A stretch of 63,957 nucleotides of DNA, counting the filler, from Piptocephalis cylindrospora (Eukaryota), in NCBI GenBank assembly GCA_003614145.1. It is 10 parts of 10 records of this genome, joined end to end, with 100 filler letters (N's around TTAATTAATTAA, not from the genome) between each part and the next. Parts side by side here need not be neighbours in the genome. Positions count along the whole stretch, not along the records: positions 6,589 to 13,054 come from KZ988284.1; positions 13,155 to 19,616 come from KZ988285.1; positions 19,717 to 26,167 come from KZ988286.1; 7 more parts are not named here. One strand, 5' to 3'. The translations under genes were made by a program, and so were the position numbers. Below, in pieces: positions 12,393-23,231 of the stretch. The notes under the pieces are model-generated. The model worked only from the letters and a program-made list of their open reading frames with translations. It was not told the DNA's origin and did not search any database. Position 1 is the stretch's first letter. Each line of letters starts with the position of its first letter.

Positions 12393-13255
12393 GATGAAAG
12401 GGATGGTAGATGAGGATGGGAGGAGGAGGAGGAAGAAGAGAAAAAGGAAGGCTCGTGACTTGGAGACGTGAGGCCTGGAAGAGTGGTGGTTTGGACCCAG
12501 CCTTACCTTCATGAGTGTCGGCTGTAAGTGTGAGGTCAGGAGAGTTCATGGGACACATACAGGGTGAGAAGAGGGCAAATGCGGGGTTTCAGTGGGAGGA
12601 AGGGAGAGAGGACCAGACATTGACCCTGACCCCCCCTCATGGACAACACAGATGCGCCTCTAGAGGGTCACTTTCCCTATGAACCCACCCCTCCAGGGCT
12701 CCTCTCACAGGGGACAAACAAGAGGTAAATTTAAATTTAAATCCATTTTAATTTCATGACAATGATCCGCAAGGATCTCCTTGCCTCACCAGCCATCCGC
12801 GAAATTTTTCACATCAAAAAGCACAGACATACCTGATTTTCCGTAGTCACACCAGCCCCATTCGGAGTCCCTTCGCACATGCCAAGGGACGAGGAGTCAA
12901 TCGTCCCTTTCACACTAGAAAACCTTTCATTTGTCCTCCTCTACCTCATTTGAGATCATATCGTTGTAATGATGATGAGATGGTGTAAAGCAAGTAGCAA
13001 GATAGAAAAGACACAGGATGTTGGCATGGGACAAGAAACGGTATATCTTCCCCANNNNNNNNNNNNNNNNNNNNNNNNNNNNNNNNNNNNNNNNNNNNTT
13101 AATTAATTAANNNNNNNNNNNNNNNNNNNNNNNNNNNNNNNNNNNNNNNNNNNNAGAGGAGTGGGTAGCGACGGTCATGTGGCCTTTGGGCTCCAAAGAG
13201 AGGGGGGGGACAATCAATGGGATATATTCCCTGATCAATCCGGACATTGGGATAG

Positions 13256-13366
13256 ATGACGCAATGTGAGGTGGCCAAGGCTGAAGCCGAACGGGCCCTG
13301 AAGAAAGCTGGGGGCAACTTAGAGGATGCTTTGAGGGACTTTATCCGAACAGTCCGAGAGGATTAG
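13256..13366 (+). CDS. Last exon of a HYPK/NAC-alpha-type UBA-domain protein (5' part lost at contig edge)
   Basis: After an acceptor AG reads MTQCEVAKAEAERALKKAGGNLEDALRDFIRTVRED*, matching the HYPK UBA pattern. Confidence 0.7.
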   Translation: MTQCEVAKAEAERALKKAGGNLEDALRDFIRTVRED

Positions 13367-13573
13367 GTGATCTGGGATGAAGGGGATAATCCACACTTTT
13401 ATACCATTTTCTCTTGTCGCTTTATTTCCGTAGAGAAGTGGATAACCAGAGATACACTTTTTTCAAAAGAGCCTTCGGCCCATATCTTTGAGGGAATAGG
13501 CCACGTTCGCACATTAGCCCAATATTTTTAATCTGGTAGACGTACATAGGAAAGGAGATGATGGGAGGAGGGA

Positions 13574-15776
13574 TCAACGAGAAAGATCCTCCCAATCCAC
13601 AAGACACTGCTCTCTTCCTTCCCACCCCATAATCTCATCCCGTAATTCTCCCATCCACTCCTCTACTCTGGCCTCCACCATAAGTCGGACTCGTCTCCTC
13701 ATCGATCCGATGTCCAGTTGAACTTCACCTAAAGAATAAAAAGTGAAAAGGGAGGGAAGGGACTGTTATTACAATGCGCAACATAGAGGAAACATAATCC
13801 AAGAATTAAGAGCACTTACCAGCTCCAACCTCAGCAAGGTAAAGTCCCTCCGAGGCAGGGTCCTCCTCACGTTTGATCAGGTGTACAATCTCATGCTGTC
13901 TTTTCGAGGGGAGACGAGCGATGAGATGAGCAAGCCGGGTGGCGTGGGTCTGGATCTCGAGGTTTTTAGTTATATCACTAGGAGGATCCACCGAGGAGGG
14001 GTGGGCTTCACTCCAATCCTCAGGGATGAGCATCCCACCAGGCTATGGAAGGGGCAGATCAGAGGAGGGGAAAACGGAAGAAGAAAAGCGCAATATACAA
14101 TACAAGGTTCACTTACCATGGAAAGGACAGCAAGGGCAGCGGGTTGATCAAAGCTTAGGTTGTGCTGGAAGCGCCAGTCTGGAAGGATAGTAGGGGAGGT
14201 ACGAGGCTTAGTACCCTTCCGGGCCTCCTTTCCGGCCTTTCTCCTAGGCCTTTTCCGTCGATCCTGTTCTTGTTGAAGCCATTTCCCCTTCCGGGCCTTT
14301 GTTCTTCTCACAGGAGGGCCTCCAGGGAATTCACCATCGCTAGCTTCATCATCATTGTCATCATCAGTGCTTTCAAAACCACTTTCCTCTTCCTCATCTT
14401 CATCATCAGGATGATCCTGTTCGGTGTGAAGAGAATCCCATACAACCCGAAAGGGAATCCAAAACCCACCCCATCCCTCCTCCTCAATGACGTATGGGGG
14501 AGATTCCCATCGACGACGTGGACTTCCTCCAAGACTTGGATGCAAGATGCAGGATACCTCGGCAGCACGGGGGATGTGAGTAGAGAGCTGATTTGTGCCA
14601 CGGTGCCGAGCAATCAACTCGACCCTCCATCGACGCCACGGGGTGGAAGGGTCAACAGGCTTTCGGTCATGGAGGATGCGATTGCGCGTGAGGATGAGAA
14701 GCTCCCAGGCGTCAGTTTGATGAACCAAATCAGGGTCCAAGGATAAGCAGGGCGAGGGGGAGAAGAAATGGGCCTGGAAGCTTCCTTTATCCTCCATTTC
14801 GACCCCCTCTTCCCCCTCCTCCTCACTGGAACCAGCGCCTGGAGGCAATGAGCGTTCCTAGAAGGAGAGGTATGAATAGATGATTAGATGTTGAGCTTCC
14901 TGTTTTTCCCTCTTGACTTACCGGAACATCCAGCTCTACGGTGTATTGAGACTTGTCAAAGGAAAGACGATGGACAAAACTCCAGTCCTCTCTACGAGGG
15001 TCGTTCCATACTAGGGTGATGGGAATGTCAAAGCCGCCCCATCCTACCTCTTCAATATCCCAAGGTTCTTCAGTTAGACCTATGGGGATTAGGGTTGAGG
15101 TTGGGATGGGATGGGATGAGATGAGATGGGATGATAAAATACTTGAGTTATGGAGGGATGAGGTTGGTAAAATTGACTTACGCCTAACGGGATCATCAAA
15201 GGACCCATGTAAGAGGTACCTAACTTCACGAACGCCCGGTAGTCCGGCATCTGAGGTGGATGGCCCAGCTACGGTCAGGCTAATGCACCAGGATCTCCAA
15301 GGAGCACCCTCAGCTACGGGTTTCCTCGAGGCTAGGATGGTGGAGTGGGTAGTGACAGAGAGACGAGTAAAAGGGGTAGTAGTTTTGACCGGTGCCCTTC
15401 GTGCAGGGGAAACAGAGTGAGGTGGAGGGGGATCTTGGGATATTGGTTCTTGGGACCTGGAGGCGGAGTGAGATCTTGAGGCAGAATGGGACCTTGAATC
15501 AGGATGAGACCTTGGGTCAGAGCGAGATCTTGAGCGAGAATGGGATCTTGAATGGTACTGTGGTCTAGGGACATACTGCGGCCTTGGGGAGTACTGGGAC
15601 CTTGAAGTGGCCTGAGACCTCGAACCAGACTGTGGCCTTGAGTTATACTGGGGTCTGGGTGTATAATGAGGCCTCGAATTGGACTAAGATCTCGGATGGT
15701 TGTATTGGGGCCTTGGGGCCCCATGTTGAGGTCTAAAGTTGGCTGGATGGTTTGAAAAGGAGTGTCGTCTGGGCAT
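13574..15776 (-). CDS. Taf14-like protein with two YEATS domains and C-terminal ET domain; exons 15776-15182, 15079-14922, 14857-14117, 14042-13820, 13728-13574; in-frame TAG at 15686-15684
   Basis: YEATS1: PWRSWCISL..VREVRYLLHGSFDDPVR..PWDIEEVGWGGFDIPI..FVHRLSFD. YEATS2: PWRRWRVEL..EVSCILHPSL..PPYVIEEEGWGGFWIPF..FQHNLSFD. ET-like: LAHLIARLP..EIVHLIK..EVQLDIGSM. All four introns are GT-AG and phase-consistent. Confidence 0.85.
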
Positions 15777-16302
15777 ATGGATCGAAGGGAGAGAACGGGG
15801 AATAGAGAGGAACAAAAAGGAACAGAGATGGGAGATGGACAGGCAGTGAGGGGTAAAGGAACCAAAACAAATAAAGGGTGGTTCCCAGGCACTTCACCTT
15901 TTAACCACCGACGATGTGAATGTGCCTCTCAAAAGGAAGAAACGCATGCATGTCAGAGGCCAGGGTAGTGTACATTAGGTTCATTCGTGGTGAAATGGGA
16001 CATAATCACCATTGTATGCACTGCAAGTAGCTAATGACCCAATAGCACATTCAAGGATAATAGCCTCCCATGTCGCCGGATTTATATCCACGTGCGTAGT
16101 GATAACAATATGAAAATATAGTCCACGGTAGGCAAACACCATGATCAGCGAATCAAGACAAAGGCAAGGAAGAAAAAGAGAAAAATAATAGATCAGTATC
16201 ATTACAGGGCGCATGAGGAGACGGGTGAAGGCGGGAGGAAGGAGTGGAACATCTGCGGCATAGACAATTACATGACGAGAGGTGAAACATAGATAACCAA
16301 GG

Positions 16303-17169
16303 CTAATGGTGCGATATGATCGCGGATATAGGAGGCGGACGCCGTAGGGGAGGGATGGATGGAGGGGGAAAGGGAGGAGGAAGCATGGGACAGGTCGGGT
16401 CAGAAATGGTATGGGAGGAAGTGGGGGATGGAGAGCTCGAGGGGTTGAACGGGGCTCTATAAGCTTCAGGCATGGCTTGGTGCTTGACTCCACCCTCTTC
16501 CAAAGCCACGGGAACAGAAGGGCGCTTCCGGAAGATCCATAAGCTCAATAGAGCCGCTATGGACAGAATGGTAAGGAGAGCAAGGGCACTCACAACATAA
16601 GGGCCATTGCTAGGTAAAGGGATACTACGGACATCCCGTCCCGGGAGTTGAAAAGGCCGTATTTCCTTATGGGTCCCATTGGTATGATGGGAGGGAAAGG
16701 AGGGCGAGGGAGAAGAAAGAGAGGCGCGATGAAGTTTCCCGATCTCTCCAGTCTCCCCAGCTTCGACACTGCCCTCGCCTCCGGACGCATCTAGTAGCCC
16801 CAAGGGAGTTTCAGCACTGGAAGAAGAGGATGAAAATGGCTTGGAGGGTTCCTTCCCGGAGCCATTAAGCCATACACCATCACTATTTGTCTTTTTGGAT
16901 ACCTCAGAGGGAGATACCGATGAAGAAGAGGATGCGGAAGAGCGAAGAGGGTCATGCCTAAGAGGACTGGTGCTCTTGGGAGAGCGTGATGCCTGAGATG
17001 AAACATCATTGGGGATGGTGGTTTCGAGAGATGCAGTAGAAATTGGCCCATTATTACTGCCACTGCTGCTGCCACCATTCTCCTGTCGTCCTTTATTCCC
17101 TCGTCGATTCGCGGAGGAGGAAGAAGGAGAGGAAGAGAAGGAAGAGGATAGGGCGTCAATACTGGACAT
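16303..17169 (-). CDS. Hypothetical Ser-rich single-pass membrane protein (ends uncertain)
   Basis: Long Ser-rich ORF, one hydrophobic helix VVSALALLTILSIAALLSLWIF followed by RKR, and a Pro-rich tail; upstream exons possible. Confidence 0.55.
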   Translation of the reverse strand: MSSIDALSSSFSSSPSSSSANRRGNKGRQENGGSSSGSNNGPISTASLETTIPNDVSSQASRSPKSTSPLRHDPLRSSASSSSSVSPSEVSKKTNSDGVWLNGSGKEPSKPFSSSSSSAETPLGLLDASGGEGSVEAGETGEIGKLHRASLSSPSPSFPSHHTNGTHKEIRPFQLPGRDVRSIPLPSNGPYVVSALALLTILSIAALLSLWIFRKRPSVPVALEEGGVKHQAMPEAYRAPFNPSSSPSPTSSHTISDPTCPMLPPPFPPPSIPPLRRPPPISAIISHH

Positions 17170-18453
17170 ACCCAGATCCACCGATGGTTATTGGGTGGAG
17201 ACGGGTTGAGTAGGGAGAGATTGAGAAGGATACCTTGCAGTAAGGCACGTGCACGTACTGAATGAGACTAGGCCAGGAAATGTCTCAGTAGAGAGGAAGT
17301 TTTAAAGTCAACGAGCCAAGAGAATGATAGAATGATACCTCGAGGGAGCAATGGGAGATATCTCGATGAAAATGCGAGATATTCCAATAAAAAAAAGTAG
17401 ATGGGAGCGTTAGGGGAAGAGGTGAGCCGTCAAGGACGCATGAGGTACGCAAGGAAGGATGGAGAGGATGGAGAGGATGGAGGATGAGGTCATGAGTAGA
17501 GGAGAGGAAGGGTAGAAAATAGGTAGGCGGGGATTTAAAGGGTCCGGCGTGCTCCTTTCTAAATGAGACAGGGATGACAGCCCTTCTCATTGCATTGACC
17601 CTGATCTTTGAGGCATGATGTTCTGTCAAATGACCTCCTCTCTATCTCTGAGGATGAATGGGCAAGGGGGGAGCAAGGGGGGGATACAGATAGGGGACAA
17701 GGCAAAGGACTGACCAAACGATGTATGCCATGCTTTTTCCCCCAGGATTTCTCGACGCATGCTTTGAGCAGAGCCAGCCAGCTGACATCCACCCACACAC
17801 ACTGACCATGCACCGGAGCCTGAAAATTCGTGGGTCGGAGTATTCCGCCAGCGTTAAAGGTCCGCTGCGGCAGCAGCATTCACTCTGCCCGATTGGTTCC
17901 TTCCATCCTCTCACTAACTGTGGAGCCCTTTCTTTATAGCTTGACTGTATGCTTGGCTTCAGTAATGCTGAGGCAATGGGGAGAGAAATAGGGAGTGAGC
18001 CATGTGTCCCAAGATGGCCATATCCTGGAGGAGGGGAGAAGGGTGAGCATGAGGCCTTTGGCGGACGCCCTTTAGAAGCTGATCTATGAGTTGTTTAGGA
18101 GAGGATACTTTGCAAACTTGACAAAAGGATGCTACTACTGCTACTGAGTAATGACAAAATGGATGTTCTCTACTTTCCAGATGCATGATAAGAGGGGACA
18201 TAGAGTAACGGCGTTTAGGCCCTGAATTTTCAATAGATACCTTCTTACTCAGAAAAAATATGGTTTATCTGATCTACCCAGGAATAGTCAACAATAAACC
18301 CATACTTTCAAACAATACTATGCAACGGGTAAGATCATATACGGGATCTGACACTGCTAAAGCATCATCGACAAGGCTCAAGGAATGACACCAATGATTT
18401 TCCAACCAGATCCTCCTCCTCCCCACACCGTACCAAGCATTTTCCTCCCACAC

Positions 18454-19350
18454 ATGACCTCCATCCCCTCCATCCCAGACCACTTTACCCTGACGCGCGT
18501 CTTAAAGGTAGATCTCGCCGCCAAGGGACTGACCTTGCTAGGAAGTCTCCCTGGTCAAGGAGCGGGGGAGAGGGATACGGCCATCCTCATAGTCTACCGA
18601 CTCCCCATCCCTTCGGACCCCACGGGACTTACTGGGTTTCTGCATGACTTGACACAAACGGAGCTCAACGAAAAAAACGATATTTACTCCTGGTTCCAGG
18701 CCAAAAGCGGGGAGGGTTACCATGACCTCAAGCTAAACTTGGTTTGCCCAGCGACTGAGACGGTAGGACGTGATGCTGAGTGTTGGATGTTGAAGGAAGC
18801 GTGGTCATGGCCCTGACACTCCTTACAAATTCCATAGCATGTCCTTAAGCACTCAGCACAGCCCATGGAAATGAAGGAGGAAACGGCCAAGCTGTATAGC
18901 CAGATTGTTGAGCCATATATCCGACAGCTGGACCCATCTAGGACCCAATGGGTGCGTAACATTCTACAGGGAAAGGCCGAGGTTGATCGGGTCTTGTACT
19001 CTGATCCTGATCCTCAGGAGGGTTTTGTCATTCTCCCTGACTTGTAAGTCTTTTTCCTGAGTAAAAAAGAAAGGGAGAGGTGGAGAGAGAGAAAATGTTC
19101 ATCCTCACTCTAAATTCACTCCCTTTTCTACGGCTGAGCAACTGTAGCAAGTGGGATCAGGTTGATTTGACCGGTCTGTACCTCCAAGTCATTACCCGAG
19201 ATGCCTCTCTCACTTCCATCCGGGACCTACGTGCCGGTCATCTCCAACTTCTAGCAAGGATAGAGAAGATGGTGTACCGTGTGATCCAGGATCGATATGG
19301 ATTACGTCCAAGTCAATGTCGACTCTTCTTTCATTATCATCCTTCATATT
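18454..19350 (+). CDS. DCS1: m7GpppX scavenger decapping enzyme DcpS, partial; exons 18454-18762, 18838-19043, 19148-19350
   Basis: NDIYSWF, KLNLVCPATETHVLKH, WVRNILQGKAE, GFVILPDFKWD, LYLQVI, SIRDL, FFHYHPSY. The exon carrying the HxHxH triad is not found. Confidence 0.9.
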
Positions 19351-20365
19351 GTAAGTGGGTTTTAGAGTGGAGTAAACCACTTGGGCATTCTCTCCCCTTC
19401 CTCACCCCCCCCCCCCCCCCCCCCCCCCCCCAACGCGCTTCGTCTCTCGCTACGCAGTGAGAATGAGTTACATGGTGTTGTGGGGGGGGGGGAGGTGTGT
19501 GGGGAGGGGGAACCATGGTAAGGCTCCAGGTATGGGCTGTCCCACCTTCCATTCTCCGGGTCCTCCTCCATGGTCAGGAATTCCTCTTCGTCAAAGACCG
19601 AGATGTGAAAGTCGGGNNNNNNNNNNNNNNNNNNNNNNNNNNNNNNNNNNNNNNNNNNNNTTAATTAATTAANNNNNNNNNNNNNNNNNNNNNNNNNNNN
19701 NNNNNNNNNNNNNNNNCGGGGTCGACCTAGGGGAGGAGGAAACGGGCCAGACTTTAAGGGTCAAAGGGGCGTGGGGAAGGAAAGGATCGATGGAACGGTC
19801 CGAGTGGAAGGGTCACACGTCAGACGTAAGTAGCGGTGGGGAACGGTGGGAACTATACGGGTCGGAGCGAAAACGGGGCGATATGGATGGATAGAAGGGA
19901 GGATCCGGGCCAGCAGTGGGATGAGAGAGGGGGAAAGGGAGGATCGTTCGTTAATAATAATGTAGGGTAGTTAGGGCCCACCTGGGGAGGGGGCACACCC
20001 AAAGGAAAAGAGCAGGGGCAAATCATGCTGATTGGGAGGATGAGGCAAGGGTGATGAGATTCCGACGTGGACTACTCCTTCCATCCGCACATGGACATCT
20101 CATGTTTTGATCAATTTGGTGCAGCAAGAGTAGTGCGTGTGATGGAAGGCGCATGTGGGGAAGAGGGAAGAAGGGAGGGAGAGCGACATCGGTGGGAAGG
20201 ATGTGTGGGCGCATGAAAAAAAAGGACATGTGTGGGGCAATCCCAAGGGATGGTTGGCTGACCACATCCTTACCCAATTCATCTCCCGCCCCTATCATCC
20301 ACCATCTACTGCGCCAGCGCCAAGATGTATGTGAGGACGGCGCACACACGCACACACAGACATAC

Positions 20366-20426
20366 ATCTTAGCGATGGTAAGACGGGGGCGTGAGGGTGA
20401 GGAGAGACAGTACTGCTACTGTCCAT
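20366..20426 (-). CDS. Possible first coding exon of an unidentified gene running off the contig
   Basis: TATAAAA near 20911-20917, a 5'UTR-type GTAAGC donor near 20531, then MDSSSTVSPHPHAPVLPSLR followed by a GTATGT donor. Speculative. Confidence 0.25.
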
Positions 20427-22490
20427 CGTCGCATTGTCTTATTATAGTTTGCCAGTCATGCACGGCCAACCTTATCCGGGACAGGCAGAAGAGAGAGGTG
20501 TGAGACGGAGTGGGATGGGGTGGGGCGCTTACCTTGACAAAGAGCGGAGTAAGAAAGCCGAAGATGGAGATGACGCTTTCTTCAGAGAGTAGCCTTGGAC
20601 AGGGTGGATGTACGAGGATGACGGAAAGGTCAATTCAACCAAGGGTAAAAAAAAAGTCGTAGACGAGTAGGACGTAAGCAAAGGGAGAGACAGGACTTGG
20701 ACACACGAGCAAGTGCAGGCTTTCAGGGGGTGGACGTAAGGTAATGAGGGTGTTGGCAAAGGGAGGAGCAAGGGACCTGGGCAGTAAAGGGTATGGGAAG
20801 GAGGGGGGGGAATCGTTAGGTAAGGTAGCCGTAGAGGGTAGAAAGAGCGAAAAGGGAGGAGGGCAAGGGAGAGAGGAGGAAAGGGACGGGGCATGGTGCG
20901 GAGCAGGGTCTTTTATAGCTCATTTCCACGCGATCTTCTCCATCTGGATCTCTCCATTAGAGAACCGAGGATGCAAGGGAGATGGAGGGGACGGGTCTAA
21001 GCTGCCAAGTTAACATGTCCTCGTGCAATACTTCTCTCCCTCCCTCTCTCCCCCTCCCTTTTCCCTTCAGCCCCTCTCCCCGGCCCTGCTTGGCTAGAAC
21101 ATTCACCCTCCCTTCCATGCATACATCGCCGGCCGAGATGTGTGGCTGTGAGGGCGGTCGGAGAGCGGGAGGCGGGGAACGGTCACTAGTAAGGTGGTCG
21201 GAGTTGATGGCGGAGCAGAAAAAAAGACAAAAAGGCGAGCGTGCTCAGGTGCTGGCAACTCCGCTATGGCCCTGTACTCCCTTGGATTTTCAGGATGGAT
21301 GGGCGATGAGAGGAAGGAGGAGGAGAGATGGAAAGTCCGTGACCATTCTCGCCCTCCACCTCATCTCGCCGCTCTCTAGCCCAATCATCAAGACGATGCA
21401 TGCCCTTTTTACCAAGAGGCGCAATAAATGGGCGGAGGCTGGACGGCTTTGTCGCCGACCATCAACGATCCAATCTAGGATTCAGGGCCGGCCTTCTTCT
21501 TCCCTTTTGAGGCCTTGTCCAGACGCCATGTCTCAGGCGTAAAGAGCTCTTCCTAAATCCCCCTTCCCTCTCCTAGATCCTTATCCACCAGTCGGGCGCA
21601 AGAAAAGCGCGAAGGATGTGTCACCGCCATGTGTCGCTCGCTCCTCTCCCTTGGCACCCACCTTTACGGAGGTATTCTCCCGGGCCATTCTGCCTTGGAG
21701 TAAGAGACAGAAGCGAGTTGTATGGAATTCTCATGGACTGGACTAAGCCTTCTCTCGCCCCTCCATCAGGGGTCTCTGCTGTCCTTGAATGTAGTGGGGG
21801 AGGGCATGGCAGAACAAGGATTCGTCTCTTTCGTTTGCTCTCAACTGATCTTCCACAATCTGGCACCTGCGTCCCCATCTTCCTCACCTTCCCGCTCCTC
21901 CTCGCACAAGCAGCCTAACTACCACCTTCACCCGCAAGAGCGTAGTGGATCCAGAGGGAGCTTGCCTTTACCCACTCGATGGGCTATTTTTAGGGATTGC
22001 CTCGAACAGATCAGTGTATCGCCAAGTTTATTCTCATCAATCATCCCGAGGGAGTGTGTGAAAGGGCGCGTCTGATGCTGATAAATCTAGGGAAAAGCAA
22101 TCAAGATGTATACTAGACTTGGATGTACCTTGCAATGGAAATGAAATTGTCGGCCGCAATGCGGGGGAAAAGCCACATAGATCGGAATTCATGATGTAGG
22201 CTCATTGCATCCAGAACGGTGAATACCCCATTACAAAGTCATATTCTCAAACATCAATCATCTAGCCCACTGAACAAAAACGAATACGATGTGTAAGAGA
22301 GGAAAAGGGAGAAGGTTGGTATACTCTTAGCATAGGCAACAACACATATCCATGTGCGAGGGAGAAAGGCGCGGAGGAAATTCATCATCCCATGGGACCG
22401 ACGCATCCCCCGCCAAGCGTTTTCCTGACTGGGCGATTCACCCCACGGTGCCTTGGATCTTAATTCAAGAATCCAAGGAGGGATCTCTTA

Positions 22491-23231
22491 TCATCGACCA
22501 AAGAAGCCCCGTTTGGGAGAAGGGCGGAGGCTAGAACTGGGATGATACGTGGGGTGATTTAGTATGGCAGCCGTGCGACTACCTGGAAGGGGCTGCTGCT
22601 GGACACCTAGAGCGGTCTGAGGCTGGATGGGGTATTGAGTAGCCCGGGACTGGCGGGGGACTTGAGATTGGCGGACGGTTTGAGATTGGTGGACGGTTTG
22701 AGATTGGTGGACGGTTTGAGATTGGCGGACGGCTTGAGTAGCCTGATCTGGAGAGATAGGGACGCCAGGCTTCTTTGAAGGCCCGAAAAGGAATTCCAGG
22801 ATGTAACCTGGTAAGGACGTTTTTGCCTTCATAGCTTTCTTATATTTCTTATTGTAATAGTCCTTTAATGAATAGTATTTTTCCCATGACATCATGGGGG
22901 GCGGTTGGTCATCTGGATATGTGGGTTCGGGCGGATTCTCGCCAGTCCTATTATATTCCGTATAATAGGCCGTCAAATCCGGGGGTTCTATTCTCTGTCG
23001 GTAATAGAAGAACTTCCAGCGCTCCTTATCGATGATCGGCGTGCAGTCCTGGTTTGGTACGCTGTGACAGCAAGCAGGTATTTTGATAGTTTTACATCTG
23101 AAACAGCCCCGCAATTTTGGACATGCTCCCGTTGTGCCGAGCTGATATGGGTTGTATTCCGGGGTAACCTTCGCTATCGCAACTGATGGTAGCAGGAGGG
23201 CCAGGAGTAGGGCGAGGGTAAGGGTCCTCAT
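22491..23231 (-). CDS. Secreted orphan protein with 6-Cys N-terminal module and QSQTV[HR] repeats
   Basis: Signal peptide MRTLTLALLLALLLPSVAIA; CPKLRGCFRCKTIKIPACCHSVPNQDC; 18-bp tandem repeats near 22660-22740. Confidence 0.7.
   Translation of the reverse strand: MRTLTLALLLALLLPSVAIAKVTPEYNPYQLGTTGACPKLRGCFRCKTIKIPACCHSVPNQDCTPIIDKERWKFFYYRQRIEPPDLTAYYTEYNRTGENPPEPTYPDDQPPPMMSWEKYYSLKDYYNKKYKKAMKAKTSLPGYILEFLFGPSKKPGVPISPDQATQAVRQSQTVHQSQTVHQSQTVRQSQVPRQSRATQYPIQPQTALGVQQQPLPGSRTAAILNHPTYHPSSSLRPSPKRGFFGR

Noticed and set aside
15684..15686. Genome-wide TAG-to-Gln reassignment
   Set aside because: The HYPK-like, kinase and ceramide synthase genes end in TAG at expected C-termini, and no other internal TAG was found in the spliced genes checked.
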